Part shown: positions 1 to 13,603 of the stretch, piece by piece
Layout of the letters: each line of letters opens with the position of its first letter
Position numbering within the stretch: position 1 is the first letter of the stretch
Origin: Alphaproteobacteria bacterium
GTDB taxonomy: Bacteria > Pseudomonadota > Alphaproteobacteria > CALKHQ01
Assembly (NCBI GenBank): GCA_965227515.1
Contig: CBDDFZ010000001.1
Span: 352,001-416,000, forward strand
Direction: 5' to 3'
DNA length: 64,000 nt
Made by a program: the position numbers and the translations under genes
Notes under the pieces: generated by a model
Databases searched by the model: none
What the model was told of the DNA's origin: nothing
Seen by the model: only the letters and a program-made list of their open reading frames with translations

Positions 1-2
1 CC

Positions 3-233
3 GTGGCGGCGAAGTCCACCCTGCCGAAGTACCCGTCCGACATCGTGGCCGGCAGCGACCACGTCGATGCGCTGTCCGCCTCGCTGGCGACGTTTGCCGC
101 CCAGGCCCGCGCCGCCATCGACGAGACCGACAATCTGGGCGATGCCGTCAGTGCCGACATCCTGACCGAGGTGACCCGCGGCATCGACACCGACCTGTGG
201 ATGGTGTCCGCCCATAACCAAGCCACGTCGTAG
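3..233 (+). CDS. dps: DNA starvation/stationary phase protection protein Dps, C-terminal part (runs off window)
   Basis: C-terminal helix 'AIDETDNLGDAVSADILTEVTRGIDTDLWMVSAH' is typical of Dps ferritin-like proteins. Confidence 0.85.
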   Translation: MAAKSTLPKYPSDIVAGSDHVDALSASLATFAAQARAAIDETDNLGDAVSADILTEVTRGIDTDLWMVSAHNQATS

Positions 234-255
234 GTTGGAGAGGGCCGGTGACGAA

Positions 256-1017
256 CTACCAGATCGGCACGGTCGACACCGCCACGACGAAGCAGATCCC
301 GTAGGCGAGCAGGCGATAGCCGCGCTCGCCGCGGGGGTGGCGTTGCACGCGGCCGAACGTCAGCGCGCCGGCCAGCACGCCAATCGCGAACATCGGCATC
401 GCCATCAGGCCCAGACGCACCGGCTCGGCCGCCCACAGGTCGTTGATCCAGAAGCCGACAACCGACCACACGGTGGTCAGGCCGAAATAGACGATGGTGT
501 TGGCGCGCACCCGTTGCGCGTCCGACTGGCCGGCGAGCCAGAACAGGATCACCGGCGGCCCGCTGACGCCAACCAGTCCCCCACTGAAGCCCGAGGCGGC
601 GCCTACGGCGACGGTTGCCGCCGCGTGCGGCTTGCGGTGATAGCGCCAGCCCGCCGCCAGCGCCACGACCGCGGCCAGGATGAACAGGCTGATGACCCAT
701 CGCACCAGGGTCGGGTCCAGCGCCGCCAGCAGAAAGAGGCCGATCGGCAGCGTGACCGCGGCGCCGGCGAACAGCGTGCCGACCTCGCGCCAGCTACAGC
801 GTTTGACCTGGGACGCGAACAACGGGACCGACGCCGCCAGATCGGCCATGAACAGGACCACAATGCCGATGGTCGGCCCATAGACGGCGCTGGCGATCGG
901 CATCATCACCATCGCAGCACCGAAGCCGGCGAACCCGCGCACCAGCCCAGCCAGCAGCGCGCCGCCGGCGACAACCGCGAAGTTCCAGTCGATCAGCGCC
1001 GCAAACGGCTCAAGCAC
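256..1017 (-). CDS. Sulfite exporter TauE/SafE family membrane protein
   Basis: Hydrophobic 253 aa; 'AGLVRGFAGFGAA' and 'GGLVGVSGPP' repeats typical of TauE/SafE. Confidence 0.85.
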   Translation of the reverse strand: MLEPFAALIDWNFAVVAGGALLAGLVRGFAGFGAAMVMMPIASAVYGPTIGIVVLFMADLAASVPLFASQVKRCSWREVGTLFAGAAVTLPIGLFLLAALDPTLVRWVISLFILAAVVALAAGWRYHRKPHAAATVAVGAASGFSGGLVGVSGPPVILFWLAGQSDAQRVRANTIVYFGLTTVWSVVGFWINDLWAAEPVRLGLMAMPMFAIGVLAGALTFGRVQRHPRGERGYRLLAYGICFVVAVSTVPIW

Positions 1018-1039
1018 AGTCGCAAGGTCTCGCTGCGGC

Positions 1040-1111
1040 GGCGCTCACCCCTCCAGGCCGCCCAACGACACTATGCTTTCCGGGTGGCCGGGAGGGGGAA
1101 AGGGTCGGTGC
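1040..1111. repeat. Family C long intergenic hairpin repeat (CCCCTCCCGGCC...GGCCGGGAGGGG)
   Basis: Similar to copies near 24952, 26070, 31200, 57673, 59915 and 63858; boundaries approximate. Confidence 0.7.
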
Positions 1112-1136
1112 TGACTGAACAACAGATGCAGTGCCC

Positions 1137-2942
1137 TTACGCCGCGGCACGGTTGCCGTAGAGCGCCTCCAACTGGTCGCCATAACGCTCGCGCAGAACG
1201 TGGCGGCGCATCTTCAGCGACGGCGTCAGCGTGCCGTCCTCGATATTGAACGGCTCGGTAATGATGGTGATCTGGCGGACGCGCTCGATCGCCGAGAGCT
1301 CCTTGTCGCCGGCGCGCACCGCTTCGGTCACCGCGGCCTTGAACTCGGCATTATTGGCCAGCTCGGCCATGTCACCGGAGGCGCCGTGCTCGGCCGCCCA
1401 GCCCTTCGCCCATTCCGGGTCGGGCACGATCAGCGCCACCAGATAGGGGCGCTTGTCGCCATAGACCATCGCCTGCATGATTTCCGGGCGCAGGCAGATC
1501 ACGCCTTCGACCCGTTGCGGCGAGATGTTGTCGCCGCCGGAATTCACGATGATGTCCTTCTTCCGGTCGGTGATCTGGATGTAGTTGTCCTCGTCCAGAT
1601 GGCCGATGTCGCCGGTGTGGAGCCAGCCGTCCTTCACCGTTTCCGCGGTCAGGTCGGGCAGCCCCCAATAGCCCTGCATTACCAGCTCGCCACGGACCAG
1701 GATCTCGCCGTCCGCGGCGATCCTGACCTCGACCTCCGGCAATGGCGGGCCGACCGTATGCATCTTCACCTTGTTCGGGCGGTTGACGGAGACCACGGGG
1801 CCGGATTCGGTCTGGCCATAGCCCTGCAGCACCCGCACCCCGAGCGCGGTGAAGAAGATGCCGACCTCCGGGTTCAACGGCGCGCCGCCGGAGACGAATG
1901 CCTTCAGGCGGCCGCCGAAGCGCCCCCGCACCTTGTCCCGCACCGCGCTCTCAAGCCGCTTGTCCATGAACCGCTCGACGAAGCTCAGGCTCGACGGGTC
2001 GTGATACTTCTTGGTGCCCAGGTTGAGCGCCATGTGGAACAGCTTGGCCTTCAGGCCGCCGGTCTTCTCGACACCGCGCAGCACGCGGGCGCGCATGGTC
2101 TCGTACAGCCGCGGCACCGCCGTCATGATGGTCGGCTTGGCCTCCACCATGTTGGTCGCCAGCTTGTCGATGCCCTCCGCATAGTAGATCTGCGCGCCGA
2201 TGGAGATCGGGAAATGCAGGCCGGCGGCGTGCTCGTAGGAATGCGACAACGGCAGGAACGACAGGAACACTTCCTCTTCCAGCCCGAATTCGCCCAGCAC
2301 CTCGTTGGCGCCCATCACGTTGCACAGGATCGCGCCATGGCTCAGCACCACGCCCTTCGGCTTACCGCCGGTGCCGGAGGTGTAGATGATGCAGCAGGTG
2401 TCGGTGCGCTTGCCTTCGGCCGCCCAGGCCTCAGCCTGCGCGATATCCGCCGGGGCGGACACCAACTGGTTCCAGTCCAGCAGCTCGATGCCATCGGCGC
2501 CGGCGCTGTCGGCCCCCGCCATGCTGATGACCTTGGTGCACGTGGTGCCGGCCGACGCCTCCACCATCGCCTTGGTCAGCGCGGGCGTGGACGCGATTGC
2601 CAGGATCGCCCCGCTGTCCGTGATCACATGACGGTGATCGTCGATGGTGAAGGTCGTGTAGACCGGGGTCGGCACCGCCCCGATGGTCAGGATCGCCAGG
2701 TCCGAGATCGTCCATTCCGGCCGGTTCTCTGAGGCGATGATCACCCGGTCGCCCTTTCTCACCCCCGCCTGCTTCAGGGCGGCGGCCAATGCCGACACCT
2801 GCTGCAGCGTCTGCGACCATGTGACCGGGCTGTACTTCCCGTTGGTCTTGAACCACATGAAGGGGGCGTCGCCGGCGATTTTCGCGCGGCCAAAGAACAT
2901 GCTGGCAAGGTTGTCGAGCGCCTTGTAGTCGCTGATCTGCAT
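1137..2942 (-). CDS. Long-chain fatty acid--CoA ligase (AMP-binding)
   Basis: Adenylation motifs YTSGTGGKPKG, GYGQTE and GWLHTGD; start placed at MQISDY. Confidence 0.92.
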   Translation of the reverse strand: MQISDYKALDNLASMFFGRAKIAGDAPFMWFKTNGKYSPVTWSQTLQQVSALAAALKQAGVRKGDRVIIASENRPEWTISDLAILTIGAVPTPVYTTFTIDDHRHVITDSGAILAIASTPALTKAMVEASAGTTCTKVISMAGADSAGADGIELLDWNQLVSAPADIAQAEAWAAEGKRTDTCCIIYTSGTGGKPKGVVLSHGAILCNVMGANEVLGEFGLEEEVFLSFLPLSHSYEHAAGLHFPISIGAQIYYAEGIDKLATNMVEAKPTIMTAVPRLYETMRARVLRGVEKTGGLKAKLFHMALNLGTKKYHDPSSLSFVERFMDKRLESAVRDKVRGRFGGRLKAFVSGGAPLNPEVGIFFTALGVRVLQGYGQTESGPVVSVNRPNKVKMHTVGPPLPEVEVRIAADGEILVRGELVMQGYWGLPDLTAETVKDGWLHTGDIGHLDEDNYIQITDRKKDIIVNSGGDNISPQRVEGVICLRPEIMQAMVYGDKRPYLVALIVPDPEWAKGWAAEHGASGDMAELANNAEFKAAVTEAVRAGDKELSAIERVRQITIITEPFNIEDGTLTPSLKMRRHVLRERYGDQLEALYGNRAAA

Positions 2943-3097
2943 GCCGCAATTCTCCCTGATTCGTCTTGTTGTTATAAGCCACGACGAAAGCCACGGCGAT
3001 GGCGCGGTGCCGGTGGCGTTGTTAGTGGGTCGCCCGCGCCGGCGCCGTCGACGCAGGGCAACCATGAAAGGATGACAATATGTGGGCAAGCGCACGA

Positions 3098-4915
3098 ATG
3101 GAAAGGTCCCAGGCCGAAACCGTCACCGACAATGAGCAGGCCGCCGCGATAGGCGCCCTGCCGGAATGGGACCTGAGTGCGCTCTACAACAGCATCGACG
3201 CGCCGGAGATCGAGGCGACGCTGGGCCGCGCCGATACCGACGCCGCGCAATTCGCCGCCGATTTCGAGGGCAAACTCGCGACGCTGGACGGCGCGGCGCT
3301 GGGTGCCGCGGTGGCGCGCTACGAGGCCATCGACGAGGCGCTGACCAGGGTCATGAGTTATGCCGACCTGGTCTCCAGCCTGGATGCGCTGGACCCGGCG
3401 GTGGCCAAGTTCGCCCAGACCATGCGCGAGCGGCTGAACGACATCTCCAAGAAGACGCTGTTCTTCGCGCTTGAGATCAACCGGCTGGACGACGACCACA
3501 TCGCGGCCTGCCTGGAGGCGCCGGAGCTGGCCCACTACAGCGCCTGGCTGGACACGGTGCGCGCCTTTCGCCCGCATCAGCTCAGCGACGAGCTGGAGCG
3601 CCTGTTGCACGACAAGTACGTGGCCGGCAAGGCCGCCTGGGTGCGCCTGTTCGAGGAGACCATCGCCGCGCTCAAATTCCCCATCGACGGCAAGGACCTG
3701 AGCTCGTCGGAGGCATTGCACCGGCTGTCGTCGGCCGACCCCAAGGTGCGCGAGACCGCCGCCCATGTGATCGGCAAGGTGCTGAACGACAACATCCGTC
3801 TGTTCGCCCTGATCACCAACACACTGGCCAAGGACAAGCAGATCGAGGACGAGTGGCGCAGCTTCGCCCGCCCGATGTCCAGCCGCAATCTGGCCAACCA
3901 GGTCGAGGACGAGGTGGTCGACGCCCTGGTGTCGGCGGTGCGTGACGCCTATCCCCGCATTTCCCACCGCTATTACGGCATGAAGGCGAAGTGGTTCGGC
4001 GTCGACGCGCTGAACTATTGGGACCGCAACGCGCCGCTGCCGGACGAGGCGGAGCGCACCATCCCCTGGGCCGAGGCCAAGCGCACGGTGCTGGACGCCT
4101 ATGGCGGCTTTGCGGGCCCGATGGCCGACATTGCCAACGAGTTCTTCGAGAAGAACTGGATCGATGCGCCGGTCAAGGCCGGCAAGTCGCCCGGCGCATT
4201 CGCCCACCCGACCGTACCGTCGGCGCACCCGTTCGTACTGTTGAACTACCAGGGCAAGACCAACGACGTTATGACGCTGGCCCACGAGCTGGGCCACGGC
4301 GTGCACCAGGTGCTGGCGGCGCGCCAGGGCCATTTCCGCAGCCAGACCCCGCTGACCCTGGCCGAGACCGCCAGCGTGTTCGGCGAAATGCTGACCTTCC
4401 GCGCCATGTTGGACGCCGAAAGCGACCCGAAGCTGCGGCGCAACATGCTGGCGGGCAAGGTGGAGGACATGATCAACACCGTCGTGCGCCAGATCGCGTT
4501 CTACGAGTTCGAGCGCCATGTCCATGAGGAACGGCGCGCGGGCGAGCTGACCTCCGAACGGCTGGGCGAGATCTGGTTCAAGGTGCAGCGCGAGAGCCTG
4601 GGCCCGGCGATCAAGCTGGGCGACGACTATGCGACCTACTGGTCCTACATCCCGCACTTCATCCACACGCCGTTCTATGTGTACGCGTACGCATTCGGCG
4701 ACTGCCTGGTGAATTCGCTCTACGCGGTCTACCAGAACGCCGATGCCGGCTTTGCCGACAAGTATCTGGAGATGCTGGCCGCCGGCGGCACCAAGCGGCA
4801 CAAGGAGCTGCTGGCGCCGTTCGGGCTCGATGCGTCGGACCCCAGCTTCTGGTCGAAGGGCCTCGGCGTCATCGAAGGGCTGATCGAAGAGCTCGCCGCC
4901 ATGGACGACGCCTGA
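3098..4915 (+). CDS. pepF: Oligoendopeptidase F (M3B family)
   Basis: HELGH zinc motif, AETAS, PHF..PFYVYAY and N-terminal WDL; start codon uncertain (3080 possible). Confidence 0.92.
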   Translation: MERSQAETVTDNEQAAAIGALPEWDLSALYNSIDAPEIEATLGRADTDAAQFAADFEGKLATLDGAALGAAVARYEAIDEALTRVMSYADLVSSLDALDPAVAKFAQTMRERLNDISKKTLFFALEINRLDDDHIAACLEAPELAHYSAWLDTVRAFRPHQLSDELERLLHDKYVAGKAAWVRLFEETIAALKFPIDGKDLSSSEALHRLSSADPKVRETAAHVIGKVLNDNIRLFALITNTLAKDKQIEDEWRSFARPMSSRNLANQVEDEVVDALVSAVRDAYPRISHRYYGMKAKWFGVDALNYWDRNAPLPDEAERTIPWAEAKRTVLDAYGGFAGPMADIANEFFEKNWIDAPVKAGKSPGAFAHPTVPSAHPFVLLNYQGKTNDVMTLAHELGHGVHQVLAARQGHFRSQTPLTLAETASVFGEMLTFRAMLDAESDPKLRRNMLAGKVEDMINTVVRQIAFYEFERHVHEERRAGELTSERLGEIWFKVQRESLGPAIKLGDDYATYWSYIPHFIHTPFYVYAYAFGDCLVNSLYAVYQNADAGFADKYLEMLAAGGTKRHKELLAPFGLDASDPSFWSKGLGVIEGLIEELAAMDDA

Positions 4916-4920
4916 CCGCC

Positions 4921-6288
4921 ATGGCCGACGGCAGCCGCATGGGTTCCGAGGACGCCACGGTCGGCGGGCGCATCCGCCGCTATGCCAAGGTCGGCACCGC
5001 GGTCGGCGGGCTGGCCGCCCGCATGGCCGGCAACCGTTATCTCGGCATCAAGATCGACCGCGAGAAGCACGCCGCGGACCTGCGCGCCGCCCTGGGCGGC
5101 ATCAAGGGCCCGTTGATGAAGGCGGCGCAGCTTCTCTCAACAATCCCTGACGCGCTGCCCTCCGCCTATGCCGAGGAACTGGCGTCCCTGCAGGCCAACG
5201 CACCCTCCATGGGCTGGCCGTTCGTCAAGCGGCGGATGGCCAATGAGCTTGGCCCGGACTGGGCGAGCCGGTTCGCGTCGTTCGAGCGCACCGCCGCTCA
5301 TGCCGCCTCGCTGGGCCAGGTGCACCGGGCGACGGCCAAGGACGGCACGGCGCTCGCCTGCAAGCTGCAATACCCGGACATGGCGTCGGCGGTGGAGGCC
5401 GACCTGAAGCAGCTCAAGCTCGTCTTCGGCATCTACGAGCGCTACGACAAGGCGATCGCCACCAAGCAGATCCACGCCGAGATCGCGGCCCGTCTGCGCG
5501 AGGAGCTGGACTACGTGCGCGAGCGCCGGCACATGGCGATGTACCGCACCATCCTGGCCGGCGAGGACACGGTGCATGTGCCCGATGCGGTCGACGAGCT
5601 GTCGACCGCGCGCCTGCTGACCATGAATTGGCTGGACGGCCAGGCGATGATGGACTTCGTGCGCTCCGACCCGCCGGTCGAGGCGCGCAACCAGGTCGCC
5701 TACAACATGTTCCGCGCCTGGTACGTGCCGCTCTACACCTGCGGCGTCATCCATGGCGACCCGCACCTGGGCAACTACACGGTGCGGCCGGACGGCGCGA
5801 TCAACCTGCTCGATTTCGGCTGTATCCGCGTGTTCCAGGCCAAGTTCGTGCGCGGCGTGATCGACCTCTACAAGGCGGTGCGCGACGACAACCGCGACCT
5901 GGCGGTCCACGCCTACGAGACCTGGGGTTTCGACAACCTGACCGACGAGGTGATCGACGTCCTTAACACCTGGGCGCGGTTCATCTATGCGCCGCTGCTG
6001 AACGACCGGACCCAGAAGATCGAGGAAACCAACGCCACCCGCTATGGCGCCGACGTGGCGGAGAAGGTGCACGCCGAGCTCAGGCGCATCGGCGGCGTTA
6101 CCCCGCCGCGCGAGTTCGTGTTCATGGACCGCGCCGCCGTTGGCCTTGGCTCGGTGTTCATCCACCTGAAGGCGGAGATCAACTGGTTCCGCCTGTTCCA
6201 GGACCTGATCGCCGACTTCGACGAGGACGCGGTCGCTGCCCGCCAGGCCGAGCTGATGCACCAGCACGGGCTCGACGCGCCGGCGTAG
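4921..6288 (+). CDS. ABC1/UbiB/AarF-family atypical kinase
   Basis: KAAQ, AASLGQVH, KLQYP, HGDPHLGN and LLDFG motifs. Confidence 0.92.
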   Translation: MADGSRMGSEDATVGGRIRRYAKVGTAVGGLAARMAGNRYLGIKIDREKHAADLRAALGGIKGPLMKAAQLLSTIPDALPSAYAEELASLQANAPSMGWPFVKRRMANELGPDWASRFASFERTAAHAASLGQVHRATAKDGTALACKLQYPDMASAVEADLKQLKLVFGIYERYDKAIATKQIHAEIAARLREELDYVRERRHMAMYRTILAGEDTVHVPDAVDELSTARLLTMNWLDGQAMMDFVRSDPPVEARNQVAYNMFRAWYVPLYTCGVIHGDPHLGNYTVRPDGAINLLDFGCIRVFQAKFVRGVIDLYKAVRDDNRDLAVHAYETWGFDNLTDEVIDVLNTWARFIYAPLLNDRTQKIEETNATRYGADVAEKVHAELRRIGGVTPPREFVFMDRAAVGLGSVFIHLKAEINWFRLFQDLIADFDEDAVAARQAELMHQHGLDAPA

Positions 6289-6354
6289 GTGGGGCGTGAC
6301 TATTGAATTGTAGTGCGATTCGCATTACATCTGGCCGGAAAGGAGCCATCGGCC

Positions 6355-6663
6355 ATGCTCGACCTGCCCGACACTAACACCAGCAACGAAAAGCAGACCC
6401 GGACCACCCAGGTGCGGCATGGCGACGATTTGGCCGATCTGATCGAACGCGCATCTCGCGCGCTGGCCGTCGACAAGTCGGTGTTCCTGCGTGCCGCCAT
6501 CGCCAGCGAAGCCACCCGCGTGCTGGAGGCGCAGTCCAGGCATGTGCTGACGCCACAAGACGCGATCCGTTTTGCCGCAGCCCTCGACGCACCGCCGCCG
6601 CCGACACCGCGCGCGCTTGAGGCCGCCGAGGCCTACCGCCGCCGCGTGGTTCATGCCGACTGA
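6355..6663 (+). CDS. DUF1778 family antitoxin (TacA-like)
   Basis: RHH-like N-terminus and 'LTPQDAIRFAAALDAPPPPTPRAL' DUF1778 C-terminus; RBS AAGGAG upstream; overlaps the GNAT gene. Confidence 0.85.
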   Translation: MLDLPDTNTSNEKQTRTTQVRHGDDLADLIERASRALAVDKSVFLRAAIASEATRVLEAQSRHVLTPQDAIRFAAALDAPPPPTPRALEAAEAYRRRVVHAD

Positions 6664-7201
6664 CGGCAGCCCCCTTCGCATAGAGCGTTTCGACCCGACG
6701 CGGCATGTCCGCGCCGATTTCGATTGCGGGGTCGATCGCCTGAACAACTACCTCAAGCTGACCGCGCGCAAGCAACAACACGACGACCTGACCCGCGTCT
6801 ACGTCGCAGTCGCGGACGGCGATGCAGTCGTCCTTGGCTACAGCGCCATCAACCTGGGCATGATGAACGTTGGCGACCTGGCCCGCCGCCCACGTGGCGC
6901 GCCCGCACACGGCGAAATCCCGATCCTTTTTCTTGGCCAGGTGGCCGTGTCCGCCCAGGCACAAGGGCAAGGCATCGGCGGGATCTTGATGCACCACGTG
7001 TTCGAGAAAGCGTGCACAATAGCCGATCAGGCTGGCTGCCACGCCATCGTGCTCGACGTCATGGCCGACGGGGGCGACGAGGCCTTCGAACGGCGGAAGG
7101 CGTGGTATCGCGCCTTCGGCTTCCAGCCCTTTGCCAGCAACACCGCCCGCATGTTCATGGTGATGAAGCAGGTACGCGCGATTACGGGACATGGGCGGTA
7201 G
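6653..7201 (+). CDS. GNAT-family acetyltransferase toxin (TacT/AtaT-like)
   Basis: 'FDCGVDRLNNYL', 'LGQVAVS..AQGQGIG' acetyl-CoA motif and 'WYRAFGF'; directly downstream of DUF1778 gene. Confidence 0.85.
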   Translation: MPTDGSPLRIERFDPTRHVRADFDCGVDRLNNYLKLTARKQQHDDLTRVYVAVADGDAVVLGYSAINLGMMNVGDLARRPRGAPAHGEIPILFLGQVAVSAQAQGQGIGGILMHHVFEKACTIADQAGCHAIVLDVMADGGDEAFERRKAWYRAFGFQPFASNTARMFMVMKQVRAITGHGR

Positions 7202-7285
7202 CCCGGGTGGAGCGTAGCGCAACCCGGGGATCGGACGCCGGTCAGTGGATCAACCCGGGTTTCGTTTCACCTCATCCGGGCTACG
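7197..7285. repeat. GTAG-tagged REP pair (inverted)
   Basis: GTAGCCCGGGTGGAGCG...CCCGGG and inverse ...ATCCGGGCTAC. Confidence 0.8.
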
Positions 7286-8170
7286 GCCGGTCGCGGGCGC
7301 GGCCGGCTTGAACGCGTTCACCAGCAGGATGCCGGCGAAGATGACGCCGATGGCGCCCCACACCCAGCCGCTGGGCACCTCGTCGAACATCAAGTAGCCG
7401 ACGATCAGACCCGATGCGGCGATCATGTAGCTGATCTGGCTGAAATAGACCGGTCCTGCCAACCGCTGCAGCTCGAAATACAGGATGAAGATGACGCCGG
7501 ACGCGACCATGACGCCGATGGTCGCCCAGTCCCCGTCGTGCTCCACCGGCAGCGGCAGGTAAAAGTCGCCGGTGACGGCCATGACCGGCAGCAGCCACAG
7601 TGCGGCCGCGGTCAGCAGCCCCACCGCCAACGTCAGCGACGAGGCGCCGGGCGGCCAGGCCCAGGCCCGGTAGACATTACCGATGGCGAGCGCCAGCGGC
7701 ATGGTGAGCCCGATCAGGAGCCAGACATAGGCTTCCTCCGACGGCAGCGCGGACTGCGGCAGCACGATCATCAGCGTGCCGACCAGCCCGAGCCCGATGC
7801 CGGCCGCGCGCAGCAGCACCCAACGCTCCAGCCCGACCGCGAACGCGATCCCATAGGTGAACAGCGGCGACAGCGCGTAGAGCACGCCGGTCAGCCCGGC
7901 GCCGATGGGCACCACCACCAGAAACGCCAGGCTGTTGGAGTAGGCGTTCGAGATCAGCCCCGAGATCGCGTAGTAGCGCAGGTAGCGCGCGCCAAGCTCG
8001 ATGCGCTGGCCGCGCAGCAGGGTGAGCGCGGTGATCGAGACCGCTCCGCCGACGCAGGTCCAGAACGCGAAGGCGATGGGCGGCACGCCGAGCGGGATCG
8101 CGATCTTGCCCATACCGAGCATGACGCCCCACAACCCGCCAAGGACGATCAGGATGACGAGGGGGAGCAT
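7250..8170 (-). CDS. DMT/EamA family transporter
   Basis: About 10 TM segments in two EamA-like repeats. Confidence 0.85.
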   Translation of the reverse strand: MLPLVILIVLGGLWGVMLGMGKIAIPLGVPPIAFAFWTCVGGAVSITALTLLRGQRIELGARYLRYYAISGLISNAYSNSLAFLVVVPIGAGLTGVLYALSPLFTYGIAFAVGLERWVLLRAAGIGLGLVGTLMIVLPQSALPSEEAYVWLLIGLTMPLALAIGNVYRAWAWPPGASSLTLAVGLLTAAALWLLPVMAVTGDFYLPLPVEHDGDWATIGVMVASGVIFILYFELQRLAGPVYFSQISYMIAASGLIVGYLMFDEVPSGWVWGAIGVIFAGILLVNAFKPAAPATGRSPDEVKRNPG

Positions 8171-8255
8171 GGGGTGTTGGTAGCAGGTCGGGACGGGCGG
8201 CGCATTTTCATCGCCATAGCACTATTTCGGGCGCGTGGTGTGTTCTTGCTGCCCT

Positions 8256-8344
8256 TGTAGCCCGGATGGAGCGCAGCGCAATCCGGGAAGCGGCGGGGCA
8301 CCAAGGACTCACCCCGGATTTCACTTCGTTCCATCCGGGCTACG
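8256..8344. repeat. GTAG-tagged REP pair (inverted)
   Basis: GTAGCCCGGATGGAGCG...ATCCGGG / CCCGGATT...CCATCCGGGCTAC. Confidence 0.8.
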
Positions 8345-8347
8345 GCT

Positions 8348-11970
<3,623 letters not shown>

Positions 11971-11974
<4 letters not shown>

Positions 11975-12693
11975 TTCCAGGCCAGCAGTTGGATGCCACC
12001 GCGCGTGAACCGTTTGAACTCGGTCCGCGAGAAGCCGACCCGCTCAAGGAATTTGCCGATGTTCGCCCTGGTGAAGTAGAGCCGGTGATCCGGCGCGCCC
12101 AGGTCGCGGGTGACCGCGGTGCCGAAACGGTACTCGTTCAGATCGGGCGTGGTCAGGTATAGCACACCGCCCGGCGCCAGCAGCTCGTGCAGGCGGCGCG
12201 CGAAGGCGGTCACATCGAAGGTGTGCTCGATCACCTCCGAGCAGTAGATGCCGTGAAACGTGCGGTCGGTCTCGAACTCTTCCAAGGGCGTGTTGGCGAA
12301 GCGGTAGTCCGGATAGGTCCGCGCCGCATGGTCGCGCAGGATCTGGCTCAGCTCCACGCCCTCCGCCTCCAGCCCCAGATCGTGCGCGGCGGCGACGAAA
12401 ATGCCGACGTTGGACCCAACATCCAGCAACCGGGGGCCCTCCATCCGCCGCTTCAGATAGGCGGCGCGGCGCCGGGAACGGGCGTACTTGCGCTTCAGCT
12501 TGGTCTGGTAGCCGGCGATGTAGTCGCGCGCGACCTGGTCGTAGTCCAGCGGCGGATCGGTCGGCGTCGACGCCGCCTCATCCAGGCAGGCGTAGCCGCT
12601 CGACGGGTAGATCATCCATTGGAAACCGCGCTGGACCACCAGCGGGCGGCGCTCGGTGGCACCGGAGATGGGGCAGGCGGGCGGTTCAGTCAC
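11971..12693 (-). CDS. Class I SAM-dependent methyltransferase
   Basis: LLDVGSNVG motif I, 'EVIEH' and 'LAPGGVLYLTTP'; GTG start inferred. Confidence 0.8.
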
Positions 12694-12793
12694 GGGCGAA
12701 AGGCGTGTCCTTGCTTGCGTTATGAAGGGCGACGGGCATATTGGCCCAGGTGGCACCCCTTGGGGTGTAGCGCTTTATGGAAGACGGTCAATA

Positions 12794-13600
12794 GTGCAAA
12801 TCTTCGGCAAACTGTTCGGTGCGGCGGCGGGGTTCGCCATCGGCGGCCCGCTGGGCGCGCTGCTGGGCGGCATGGCCGGTCACGTCGCCGACGAGATCCA
12901 GCGCGATCCGGAGGACGGGCGCGGGGCCGCCAACGACCAGGACCGGATCGGCCAGCAGGATACTCGGTCCGGTGACCGCAGCGGCCCGTTCGACGCGCGC
13001 CAGTCCGCCAAGCCGGTCGCCTTCACCATCGCCGTCATCGTGCTCGGCGCCAAGCTCGCCAAGGCCGACGGCCATGTGACCAAGGACGAGGTCGCCGCCT
13101 TCAAGGAAATCTTCCACATCCCGGCCAGCGAGGCGCGCAATGTGGGCCGCCTGTTCAACCAGGCGCGCAAGGACAGCCGGGGCTTCGAGCCCTATGCCCG
13201 CCAGATCCAGCGCATGTTCCGCGACAACCCGCGGGTGCTGGAGGAACTGATCGACGCCCTGTTCCACATCGCCCGCGCCGACGGCACGGTCGGCGACGAG
13301 GAACTGACGTTCCTGCGCCGGGTCGCCGAGTTGTTCGGTTTCGGCGACCGTGATTTCGAACGGATGCGGGCCGCCAATCTGGGCCCGAGCGCCGACGATC
13401 CCTACCAGGTGCTTGGCCTGACGCACGATGCCAGCGACGACGAGTTGAAGTCCGCCTATCGCCAGCTGGTGCGCGAAAACCACCCGGACACGCTGGTCGC
13501 CCAGGGCCTGCCCGACGAGTTCGTCGAAATGGCGAACGAGAAGCTCGCCACCATCAACAACGCCTACGACCGCATCCGCAAGCAGCGCGATAGTTCCTGA
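12794..13600 (+). CDS. djlA: Co-chaperone DjlA (TerB + C-terminal J domain)
   Basis: N-terminal GKLFG..GGPLGALLG anchor, 'AKLAKADGHV' TerB motif and HPD J-domain. Confidence 0.9.
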   Translation: MQIFGKLFGAAAGFAIGGPLGALLGGMAGHVADEIQRDPEDGRGAANDQDRIGQQDTRSGDRSGPFDARQSAKPVAFTIAVIVLGAKLAKADGHVTKDEVAAFKEIFHIPASEARNVGRLFNQARKDSRGFEPYARQIQRMFRDNPRVLEELIDALFHIARADGTVGDEELTFLRRVAELFGFGDRDFERMRAANLGPSADDPYQVLGLTHDASDDELKSAYRQLVRENHPDTLVAQGLPDEFVEMANEKLATINNAYDRIRKQRDSS

Positions 13601-13603
13601 GCT

